A stretch of 64,000 nt of DNA from Eubacteriaceae bacterium (GTDB lineage: Bacteria; Bacillota; Clostridia; Peptostreptococcales; Anaerovoracaceae), in the NCBI GenBank assembly GCA_028727785.1, contig JAQYNQ010000087.1, positions 4,746-68,745 on the forward strand, in the 5' to 3' direction. This document shows, one piece after another, positions 11,301 to 18,842 of the stretch. How positions within the stretch are numbered: position 1 is the first letter of the stretch; every line of letters starts with the position of its first letter. The notes under the pieces were generated by a model that saw nothing but the letters and a program-made list of their open reading frames with translations, made no database searches and had not been told where the DNA came from. The position numbers and the translations under genes were made by a program.

Positions 11301-11458
11301 TCAGGGATTTCAGCAATATCTGAACTTTCTAAAATTTCTGCATCAGCTGCAACCTCTGCAACCTCTTTATTATCTGCGATATTTGCGTTTCTGTTTGCTC
11401 CCTGGGCATGCTTCCCCTTAGGTTTAAATAATCCCTTTTTCTTATTATCGCTACGCAT
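8378..11458 (-). CDS. Class A penicillin-binding protein 1A (transglycosylase + transpeptidase) with large insertions
   Basis: TM helix; TG motifs EDKTFWKHHG and GTSTITQQLARN; TP motifs SSIK, SLN and KTGTT; acidic Pro-rich C-tail. Confidence 0.93.
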   Translation of the reverse strand: MRSDNKKKGLFKPKGKHAQGANRNANIADNKEVAEVAADAEILESSDIAEIPELETEDTPEKKKKDKKKKTKSKKRKVIKRIILVVLCLGIIMCGALGVFVWKTISEAPDIDPENLYTLLSESTVIYDADGKQIDTVYTDSNRDNVEYEQLPKNLVNAVVALEDKTFWKHHGFNFVRILGAVKDKIIHGGRVSGTSTITQQLARNLYLKDSRFEYDYRRKIIEAYYAIIIEKNLTKEEIISAYLNTIDFGYHTSGVQAASKAYFSKDVSKLTLAQCAALAALPQAPSAYQLVEFYNKGEIDKNDKNILKKTFDGYWVANEASKDRRITCLELMLEQGYITEKQFATASKKPLRKILKPTYETSSGSAAYFADYVINEVIDDLMDKKGWDYDTAYQKVYNGGLKIYSTLDSTAQSVIENEFENSSNFPSLYASTDSQGNILNTYGSIALYDYDDYFDSDGNFNFKKSEARVDKNGNLILKSGKRLNFYDTEVNGEIDYSLEFKPMYIYDDGELCSINGGFINVPQNYKSRNKYDNIVISKEFFEDENYEGYFKFNDDGTVTLTGKGYTLEQKVVQPQAAMAIVENSSGYIKALVGGRKTSGRKLYNRATSTRQPGSSIKPLGVYSAALQQSCEEQAAGQKHAFTNFHIDKQGKKYWGNYLTAGSIVIDEKTTINGEQWPHNAGGGYSGPQTLRTALQQSLNTCAVKIIYQVGTDYSANLVKKFGITSLDLEGETNDNNAAALALGGMSNGVTPLEMASAYTTFPNNGVRYKTTSYVKVVDNSGKALLKNKKNKKKSVLDPGVAWIMTDMLKSVVTNGLGAPAAISGVQVGGKTGTTDNEVDIWFDGFTPNYSAALWIGNDQNFELTGLSDYAARLWGRIMDQIPNAKKGSYKSAPSNVIRSGGEYYISGTQGGIGDISKLKKKISICKDSGFLATPDCPHVENKTMFEIDKVPKYYCHLHNSNPEKYPPHPDKQVVVPEKPDPVKPEDPVEPDDPDDGEDDGNDGDDDNTTTDPEPTPEPDPGEVTD

Positions 11459-11568
11459 AAAAATTACCCTTTCTTAAAACTATAAAATCTATACTATTAT
11501 AACACAGTTTGGTAAAAAAAGTAACAATATTTCCCTATTTATATGTAATATAAATATAAACATTGAGC

Positions 11569-11597
11569 TTTACAAATAAAAGCAAAAATGGTATATT
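11569..11597 (+). promoter_or_regulatory. sigma-A-type promoter of comEC (TTTACA-17-TGg-TATATT)
   Basis: TTTACA 11569-11574, a 17-bp spacer, then TATATT 11592-11597 with an extended TG. Confidence 0.6.
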
Positions 11598-13721
11598 ATG
11601 GTAATGAGAAGACGATTATTAATTTATGTATTAGCCTTTATTTTAGGAATATCAGTAATGTATACCTATCAGGAAAAAGTTGCCAACAATCCACTTGAAT
11701 ACTATGTAGGTCAGGACGTGAGTATTACCGGTAAAATTACTGAGATTAAACAGAATAATGAAAAATATACCTTTGTTCTGGAAACTGAGGCAGGCCCTGT
11801 ACTCTGTAATTACTATGGTAAATTTGAAGATTACAAGTCAATTCTGTTTGAAGTCTGCGACATAACAGGAACTCTTGATGTACCAAAGTCATCTGGAAAT
11901 CCAAGAACCTTTGACTATGCCTTGTATCTGAAAAGCAAGGGAATAAGGTATATATGCATCCCCTCTGCAGTGAGATTTCATAACACCACTATAACTTATT
12001 ATGATAAATTTAAAAGATGGATATTCCTGGAAAGAGAAAAATTTATTGATAATCTCAAACTTTCTGAGGAGGCTCTTGGTCCCGTAAAAGGAATCCTCTT
12101 TGGAGATACAGGTGAACTTGATGAAGATGTTTATGAGGAGTTTCAAAAAAACTCTACAGCACATATTCTCGCCGTAAGCGGTCTGCATATAGGTGTTTTA
12201 TTCAGTCTTTACAAAGCACTGATGAAGAAAAAGAACAACCGTATATTCACATTGGTCTTCATTATCTTTACACTGATTTATGGTTTTGCTACTTTGTGGT
12301 CCGTTTCTGTTACAAGGGCAATAATGCTCATGTATATTATGATTCTAGCCAATGTGCTGGACCGACGATACGACCTTCTGACAGCAGCCGCATTGGTAGC
12401 GGGTGCTTTTGCACTGAAAAATCCCTATATAATATTCGGCGCAAGCTTTCAGATGTCCTTTCTTGCCGTTTGTTCAATATCCTTCTTTACTCCGATATTT
12501 GAACGAATCCTGCCTGCGAGCATTGCAGGGGCAGCAGCGGTGCAGTTTGGTATGCTGCCATATATGATATACAGTTTTAACGGAATATCAGTGGCAGGGG
12601 TACTTATCAATGTTCCTGTCGTCTATATTATTTCCATTCTTGTGCCGGCAGGGGTAACGGGTTACTTTGTTTTTCTGATAAGTCAGTCCATAATGCCCAT
12701 GATTTCTTTTATATTAGATGCTTTATCAAAACTCACTTTATCCATAAATCATCTCTTTGCATCATGTAACCTGCTGTATATCACGCTTCCGTCTATGAAG
12801 CTGGGAACTCTGCTAATGATATATGGTCTTATGTTTCTTTGCGCATCAGAGTATTTTCAGGTGAACCTGAAGAGAAAGAAATGGAAACATCTCATACTTG
12901 GACTGTGTTTAGTTTTGAGTATATCTCTTGTCGGATGGAAAGTGGATCAGACCCCCTTTGATCAGGCATGTATTGTCTTTTTAGACGTGGGTCAGGGGGA
13001 TTCTGTTCATATAAAAACTGACAGCGGGGGGAGTATTCTTATTGATGGAGGTGGTAATACAAACTATAACGTGGGTTCTAAAATACTGAAACCTTATCTG
13101 CTTAAAAATGGATATGATCAAGTTAATCTGGCTCTTGCAACACATTTGCATACTGATCACTATTTAGGCCTCAGACAGTTGTCTGAGGAATACAATGTGT
13201 TACAGGAAATTCTGACAGGTAAGTCAGGAGATGTTGTTAAGTTGGGTAAAAATGACAGAATCGAAATTTTATGGCCTGAAAAAAAGGCTGATTCTACAAC
13301 CGATAATTCGGCGGATGAAAATACAAACAGCATGATATTTAAAGTGACAGTTCAGGGATTGTCTGTTTTGATAACAGGAGATATAACTATTGAGGGAGAG
13401 AAGATGCTTCTAAGAAAGTACGCAGGAACAGATGTGTTAAAAGCAGATATTCTAAAGGTTGCACATCACGGCAGTGCATACAGCAGCTGTGAGGAATTTA
13501 TAGACGCTGTTAATCCAAAAGTAGCGGTTATTTCTGTAGGAAAAAACAATTACGGACATCCAAGTGATGATGTAATTGAAAAATTCCGGGAAAAAGGTAT
13601 AATTGTATTCAGAACTGATCTGGATGGAGCGGTTGGAATTATTAAGAAAGGTGACAGTTTTTCAGTATGTACAAAAAGAAACCGGAAAAACATGCATTCC
13701 AGGCCTTTGCAGAAGATCTGA
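11598..13721 (+). CDS. comEC: Competence DNA-uptake channel ComEC/Rec2 (OB + competence + metallo-beta-lactamase domains)
   Basis: Motifs HILAVSGLHIG, FLDVGQGD, THLHTDH, LITGDI and KVAHHGS; precedes holA. The true start may be 11604. Confidence 0.93.
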   Translation: MVMRRRLLIYVLAFILGISVMYTYQEKVANNPLEYYVGQDVSITGKITEIKQNNEKYTFVLETEAGPVLCNYYGKFEDYKSILFEVCDITGTLDVPKSSGNPRTFDYALYLKSKGIRYICIPSAVRFHNTTITYYDKFKRWIFLEREKFIDNLKLSEEALGPVKGILFGDTGELDEDVYEEFQKNSTAHILAVSGLHIGVLFSLYKALMKKKNNRIFTLVFIIFTLIYGFATLWSVSVTRAIMLMYIMILANVLDRRYDLLTAAALVAGAFALKNPYIIFGASFQMSFLAVCSISFFTPIFERILPASIAGAAAVQFGMLPYMIYSFNGISVAGVLINVPVVYIISILVPAGVTGYFVFLISQSIMPMISFILDALSKLTLSINHLFASCNLLYITLPSMKLGTLLMIYGLMFLCASEYFQVNLKRKKWKHLILGLCLVLSISLVGWKVDQTPFDQACIVFLDVGQGDSVHIKTDSGGSILIDGGGNTNYNVGSKILKPYLLKNGYDQVNLALATHLHTDHYLGLRQLSEEYNVLQEILTGKSGDVVKLGKNDRIEILWPEKKADSTTDNSADENTNSMIFKVTVQGLSVLITGDITIEGEKMLLRKYAGTDVLKADILKVAHHGSAYSSCEEFIDAVNPKVAVISVGKNNYGHPSDDVIEKFREKGIIVFRTDLDGAVGIIKKGDSFSVCTKRNRKNMHSRPLQKI

Positions 13722-14716
13722 AGGCTGATAGTATAAAAAAAGTAAACCTGATGTATGGGGTTGAGCAGTATCTTGTAAAATGGGCTGTTGAGTCGCTGGT
13801 TAAAAAATATGTGAATGCGGCCTGTAAGTCTATGGACTACGTTGTTCTTGATGAGGATAGTGCCACAGTGGACAGTATAATCGAGGCCTGTGAAACCTTT
13901 TCCATGTTTTCTGAGAAGCGGGTTGTCTGGGTCAGAAACTTTAAACCTTTGACAGGGGATAACGTAAAAGGCTTTGGAAAAAGCTCTCTGGAAAGCCTTT
14001 GCCGGTATATAGAAGCACCAAATGAAGGTACAATTGTTGTATTTTCCGGTGAGGAAATTAAGGAAAGTACCATGGTGGCAAAGACTGTAAAGAAGATGGG
14101 GAGGGCTTATGACTTTTCGCCTCTGGGAAAGGCTGAACTGTCATCGTTCGCAAGGAAACGCTTTAAGGCGGCCGGAGTAGATATTTCCCCAAGACTTCTG
14201 GCTCAGCTTATAGATGCTACAGGATACAATAACAGAGAAAGTGATTACAGGCTGTTTAATTTTGAGAATGACATCGCCAAAATTATTGCCATAAGCAACG
14301 GTGTTTCAATTACAGAAAGGGACATAGAGATGACCGTTTGTGGTGACATGGACACTTTTGTCTTTGATATGCTTGATGGAATAAGCAATGGTCAGAAGGA
14401 TAAAGCATTTGCTGTGTTGTATAATATGCTGAATTCAGGGGTGGACAGCTATACAATAATAGGTGCAATTGTATCTCACTTTGAACTTATGTTGTCTGTG
14501 AAGCAGATGAGAGAAGATGGAACGGATTTAAAAGGGATTCACAGCAGACTTGGCGGCAGCGAATATCGAATAAAAAAGATGATTCCATATACAAATAAGT
14601 ACTCTGCTGATAAACTGAAAAGAACATTATCAGATATTTATGAAGTGGATAGAAATATCAAGACTGGTATTTTGAATGACCAGTTAGCACTGGAAATGTT
14701 TATAGCGCGTATGTAA
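13667..14716 (+). CDS. holA: DNA polymerase III delta subunit
   Basis: Motifs LMYGVEQYL and CETFSMFSEKRVV, C-terminal D.NIKTG...ALE; conserved comEC-holA order. Confidence 0.9.
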   Translation: MYKKKPEKHAFQAFAEDLKADSIKKVNLMYGVEQYLVKWAVESLVKKYVNAACKSMDYVVLDEDSATVDSIIEACETFSMFSEKRVVWVRNFKPLTGDNVKGFGKSSLESLCRYIEAPNEGTIVVFSGEEIKESTMVAKTVKKMGRAYDFSPLGKAELSSFARKRFKAAGVDISPRLLAQLIDATGYNNRESDYRLFNFENDIAKIIAISNGVSITERDIEMTVCGDMDTFVFDMLDGISNGQKDKAFAVLYNMLNSGVDSYTIIGAIVSHFELMLSVKQMREDGTDLKGIHSRLGGSEYRIKKMIPYTNKYSADKLKRTLSDIYEVDRNIKTGILNDQLALEMFIARM

Positions 14717-14758
14717 TAAGCATACATCAAAAAAACAGCAAATAGTTGCAATTTCGAC

Positions 14759-14786
14759 AGAGCGTGGATAATTATTCACGCTCTTT
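14759..14786 (+). terminator. Hairpin after holA (AGAGCGTGG...TCACGCTCT), built from two back-to-back DnaA boxes; possible terminator
   Basis: Imperfect palindrome agagcgtggataattattcacgctct followed by only a short T run. Confidence 0.4.
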
Positions 14787-14999
14787 ACATATGGCAAAAA
14801 ATGTCGGTGAAATCCGAATTAATCTGTGGATAACTTGTGTGTTGACAAAAAATAAAACATGTGTACACGTTGAAAATACAGGGGTATAGGTAAAAAAATT
14901 ATCCACAGTGCCTTGTGGAATTAATTGTATACAATTTAAAAGTTTATGTGAAAAATGTGTGGAAAGCTTAAATTACAAGGGTTTGAGGTGTGTGGAAAA
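14759..14999. promoter_or_regulatory. DnaA-box cluster (2 perfect + about 7 degenerate boxes)
   Basis: Perfect boxes: TGTGGATAA 14825-33 and TTATCCACA 14899-907. Degenerate boxes: CGTGGATAA 14763-71, TTATTCACG 14772-80, TGTTGACAA 14840-48, TGTGGAATT 14914-22, TGTGAAAAA 14947-55, TGTGGAAAG 14958-66, TGTGGAAAA 14991-99. Confidence 0.8.
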
Positions 15000-15151
15000 G
15001 TGATTGGATTTATCTGGAAAATTGAATCTAGCTTTATTAATAAACTAATTTTTTCCGAAAAATACTATTAAAATATTTTATAGAAAATCAACAAAAATAG
15101 GTGAAATATTATGTATACATGACTAAATGTACTTTAATATGTACAATTTTA

Positions 15152-15160
15152 TGGTATAAT
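15152..15160 (+). promoter_or_regulatory. Extended -10 element (TGgTATAAT) for the hydrogenase operon
   Basis: TATAAT 15155-15160 preceded by TG; GGAGG SD before ATG 15193; the -35 element is poor. Confidence 0.55.
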
Positions 15161-15192
15161 TTATAATTAGGAAAGAATTTGGAGGTTTTAGT

Positions 15193-17046
15193 ATGGACAG
15201 ATTATTTATGAAGTCTAAGGATAGAGCCGAGTTTACAGTGGAAGGCTTGTATAAAGATCTTGAAAGAAGAGTCGTATCCAGTCCGGCCGGTCAGTGCCCT
15301 GTGGATATGGCCGCAGCTTTCTTGAGAATGTGTCATGCACAGAGCTGTGGTAAGTGTATTCCATGTCGTGTGGGTTTGGGACAGCTGCAGCTTCTTCTTG
15401 ACAGAATACTGGCTATTGATGGAAATGAAGACTTAAGTATCCTGGTAATTTTAAAGAGAACTGCCGAAGCAATTAGAGTGTCAGCTGACTGTGCTATTGG
15501 TACGGAGGCAGCCGCAATGATTCTTCGCGGTCTGGAAGGATTCAGAAGCGATTATGAATCACACATTTTAAATCACAGCTGTGATGATACAGTAATCAAC
15601 AAGAGACAGGCTGTGCCTTGCAGAGGAGGATGCCCTGCAGGTGTAGATGTACCCGGATATGTATCACTTGTAAGAAATGGAAGATATGATGACGCTGTTA
15701 AACTCATCAGAAAGGATAATCCTTTCCCTTCAGTATGTGCATTAATCTGTGAACATCCATGTGAAGAAAAATGCAGAAGAAATATTATTGATACACCGGT
15801 AAATATCAGGGCAATTAAGAGATTTGCTGTGGATAACTGCTCTGAGACTGTTCAGATTCCTGAAAGAATGGACAGTACCGGAAAGAAAGTTGCTGTTATC
15901 GGAGGAGGACCTTCAGGATTGTCAGCAGCATATTTCCTGTCTATTATGGGACATGATGTAACTGTGTTCGAAAAGAGAGCACAACTTGGCGGTATGCTTA
16001 GATATGGTATACCTAAGTACAGACTTCCTAGAGAAAAGCTGCAGTGGGATATCGATGCTATTGCTGCCGCAGGTGTAGAGTTTAAGACCGATTATGACAT
16101 CAGTTCTGATGAGGCAATTAAGGAGATTAAGGATAACTTTGATGCGGTTTATATCTCAATCGGGTCTCACAACCACAAAAACCTTGGAATTCCGGGAGAA
16201 TATGCAAAGGGTGTTGTCCCTGCAGTAGAGATGCTTCGCAGCATCGGTGACGATGCGATGCCGGACTTTAAGGGTAAGTCAGTTGCTGTAATCGGTGGCG
16301 GTAACGTGGCAATGGATGTAGCAAGAACTGCAAAGAGACTGGGTGCAAGTCAGGTTTCAATTGTTTACAGAAGACGCAGAGATGATATGACTGCTCTTCC
16401 TGATGAAATCAATGGAGCTATTGCTGAGGGATGTGAACTTTTCCAGCTCAAGGCGCCTTCTGAAATCATCGTGGATAAGAGCGGCCATGTAAAGGGACTG
16501 TATGTTCAGCCACAGATTGCATCAGAAGCTGACCGTTCAGGAAGGCCTAAGCCCGTTGATGCGGATCAGCCAAGAGAGAAGATTCCATGTGATATCGTTA
16601 TTTCTGCTATCGGACAGGCTACAGATATTGAATTCTTTGAAAAATATGGAATTCCTGTTTACAGAGGAACAATTAAAGCTGAAAAGAACAGCGTAGTTGA
16701 CAAGGTTCAGGGCATATATGCAGGAGGAGACTGTGTAACAGGACCTTCAACTGTAATTAATGCTATTGCGGCCGGTAAGGTTGCAGCTGCCAATATTGAC
16801 AGTTATCTGGGATATAATCATGAAATATCTGTAGATGTTGAAATTCCTGATCCTGATGTGGAGGACAAGCATCCACGCGGAAGAATTGAGCTTAAAGAAA
16901 GATATGCCGCAGAAAGAGGCGGGGACTTTGAAGCTGTTGAACTTCCAATGACTAGGGAAGAATCACTTGCAGAGTGTTCAAGATGCCTGCGCTGTGACGC
17001 ATGCGGATTCGGATCATTTAGAGGGGGCAGAATAGAAAAATGGTAA
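15193..17046 (+). CDS. NuoF-type 4Fe-4S domain fused to a GltD/PreT-like FAD/NAD(P)H oxidoreductase; hydrogenase partner subunit
   Basis: N-terminal CHAQSCGKCIPCRVG...DCAIG; CRGGCPAG and CEHPCEEKCRR Fe-S motifs; GGGPSG (FAD); GGGNVAMD plus YRRRR (NADP-type); YAGGD; C-terminal CSRCLRCD. Confidence 0.85.
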   Translation: MDRLFMKSKDRAEFTVEGLYKDLERRVVSSPAGQCPVDMAAAFLRMCHAQSCGKCIPCRVGLGQLQLLLDRILAIDGNEDLSILVILKRTAEAIRVSADCAIGTEAAAMILRGLEGFRSDYESHILNHSCDDTVINKRQAVPCRGGCPAGVDVPGYVSLVRNGRYDDAVKLIRKDNPFPSVCALICEHPCEEKCRRNIIDTPVNIRAIKRFAVDNCSETVQIPERMDSTGKKVAVIGGGPSGLSAAYFLSIMGHDVTVFEKRAQLGGMLRYGIPKYRLPREKLQWDIDAIAAAGVEFKTDYDISSDEAIKEIKDNFDAVYISIGSHNHKNLGIPGEYAKGVVPAVEMLRSIGDDAMPDFKGKSVAVIGGGNVAMDVARTAKRLGASQVSIVYRRRRDDMTALPDEINGAIAEGCELFQLKAPSEIIVDKSGHVKGLYVQPQIASEADRSGRPKPVDADQPREKIPCDIVISAIGQATDIEFFEKYGIPVYRGTIKAEKNSVVDKVQGIYAGGDCVTGPSTVINAIAAGKVAAANIDSYLGYNHEISVDVEIPDPDVEDKHPRGRIELKERYAAERGGDFEAVELPMTREESLAECSRCLRCDACGFGSFRGGRIEKW

Positions 17047-18797
17047 ATATTATTATAGACGGAAGAAAAATTTCAGTTCCTGCTGACACTACTATAATGG
17101 AAGCTGCGCAGAAATCCGGTATAGATATTCCGCATCTTTGTTATCTGAAAGAAATTAACGAAATCGGTGCATGCAGAGTTTGCCTTGTAGAAGTGGTCGG
17201 AATGGACAAACTGGTAACAGCCTGCAACACAAAAGTTGAAGAAGGTATGGAAATTCTTACTAACAGTCCTAAGGTTAGAGTTACAAGAAAGATAAATGTT
17301 GAACTTATACTGTCAGACCATGACTGCAAGTGCGTACAATGTGTAAAGAGCGGCAACTGTACTCTTCAGAAAATTGCAAATGATTTAGGTATTATCAGCA
17401 TTCACTATGATAATACTGCAGAAAAGAATCGCTGGGACTTCGAATTACCTCTGATCAGAGAAGCTTCCAAATGCATAAAATGCATGAGATGTGTGCAGAT
17501 TTGCGATAAAGTTCAGGGCTTGAATGTCTGGGACATTAACGGTTCAGGATATAGAACGAATGTTGGGGTTGCAAGAAATAAACCCCTGACAGAAGCGGAT
17601 TGTGCTCTTTGTGGTCAGTGCATAACACATTGTCCTGTAGGTGCCCTGAGAGCTCGTGATGATAGAGACATTATCGGAAGAGTTCTTGCTGACCCTGATA
17701 AAATAACGATGGTTCAGATTGCCCCTGCAGTGAGAACAGCATGGGCTGATGAAATTGGAATGCCTAGAGCAGAAGCTACAACAGGGAAGCTGGTAAGTGC
17801 ACTGCGCAGAATCGGTTTTGATTACATATTTGACACAACATATTCTGCTGACCTTACAATTATGGAAGAAGGTTCAGAATTCATTGACAGATTCACTCAT
17901 AAGAATCAGTACAGCTGGCCTATGTTTACATCCTGCTGTCCGGGATGGGTAAGATTTGTAAAGACTCAGTATCCGGAATATGTAAAGAATCTGTCTACTG
18001 CAAAGTCTCCTCAGCAGATGTTTGGTGCAATGTCAAAGACTTTTATTGCAAATAAGCTTGGCGTTGATCCGGAAAAGATTTACTCTGTTTCAATTATGCC
18101 ATGCGTATCAAAAAAATATGAGCATAATGTTGAGGCTGTTAATGATGCAGGCCACGGTAAAGATGTTGACCTTGTATTAACCACAAGGGAACTTGCCAGA
18201 ATGATTCGTGCTGACTATATTAAGCCTTCCGATTTAAAAGAAGAAGCTTTTGATCAGATCTTCGGAGAAGGTTCAGGTGCAGGAGTTATCTTTGGGACCA
18301 CAGGCGGTGTAATGGAAGCTGCACTGAGAAGTGCATATTACCTGGTAACAGGTGAGAATCCGGAACCAGACAGCTTCAAGAGCGTAAGAGGATTGGACGG
18401 CTGGAAAGAAGCCACATTTGATATCAAGGGTCTTCAGGTTAAGGTAGCAGTGGCTAGCGGTCTTGGCAATGCAAGAAAGCTGATGGATGCTATTAAAGCC
18501 GGTAAAGTTAAGTATGACTTTGTTGAGATTATGGCTTGCCCCGGTGGATGTGTCGGGGGAGGAGGTCAGCCTATGAAGGACGGAAAGGAATTCGCCGGCA
18601 TAAGAGGAGAAGCTTTATATGGCCTTGACAAGTTCTCTGACTTAAGATTTTCACATGAAAATACTGCTGTTCAGCTGACATATGAAGAGTTCCTTGGAGA
18701 ACCAAATTCCCCTAGAGCTCATGAACTGTTACATACAGAGCTTGAAAACTGGTCAGTTGAAATGAATAGAGAAGACAAACATTTAGATATTATTTAA
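17040..18797 (+). CDS. hydA: [FeFe]-hydrogenase catalytic subunit, group A (2Fe-2S, His-ligated 4Fe-4S, 2x4Fe-4S, H-cluster)
   Basis: H-cluster motifs FTSCCPGW, MPCVSKKYE and EIMACPGGCVGGGGQP; ferredoxin motifs CIKCMRC and CALCGQC. Confidence 0.95.
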   Translation: MVNIIIDGRKISVPADTTIMEAAQKSGIDIPHLCYLKEINEIGACRVCLVEVVGMDKLVTACNTKVEEGMEILTNSPKVRVTRKINVELILSDHDCKCVQCVKSGNCTLQKIANDLGIISIHYDNTAEKNRWDFELPLIREASKCIKCMRCVQICDKVQGLNVWDINGSGYRTNVGVARNKPLTEADCALCGQCITHCPVGALRARDDRDIIGRVLADPDKITMVQIAPAVRTAWADEIGMPRAEATTGKLVSALRRIGFDYIFDTTYSADLTIMEEGSEFIDRFTHKNQYSWPMFTSCCPGWVRFVKTQYPEYVKNLSTAKSPQQMFGAMSKTFIANKLGVDPEKIYSVSIMPCVSKKYEHNVEAVNDAGHGKDVDLVLTTRELARMIRADYIKPSDLKEEAFDQIFGEGSGAGVIFGTTGGVMEAALRSAYYLVTGENPEPDSFKSVRGLDGWKEATFDIKGLQVKVAVASGLGNARKLMDAIKAGKVKYDFVEIMACPGGCVGGGGQPMKDGKEFAGIRGEALYGLDKFSDLRFSHENTAVQLTYEEFLGEPNSPRAHELLHTELENWSVEMNREDKHLDII

Positions 18798-18813
18798 AAA
18801 ACAAAAAATAATG

Positions 18814-18842
18814 AAGGCTGGGGGCAGTACCTCAGCCTTTTG
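18814..18842. terminator. Bidirectional terminator between hydA and recN
   Basis: AAGGCTGGGG-gcagta-CCTCAGCCTT followed by TTT; overlaps the recN stop codon. Confidence 0.75.

Noticed and set aside
15008-15063. CodY-like boxes upstream of the hydrogenase
   Set aside because: Four mismatches each to AATTTTCWGAAAATT in very AT-rich DNA.
14717-15192. Calling the DnaA-box cluster the chromosomal origin oriC
   Set aside because: No dnaA/dnaN/rnpA/gidA neighbours; gene orientation does not switch across it; and there is no run of DnaA-trios next to a box (only an isolated TACTATTA at 15063-70). It is kept as a non-origin cluster.
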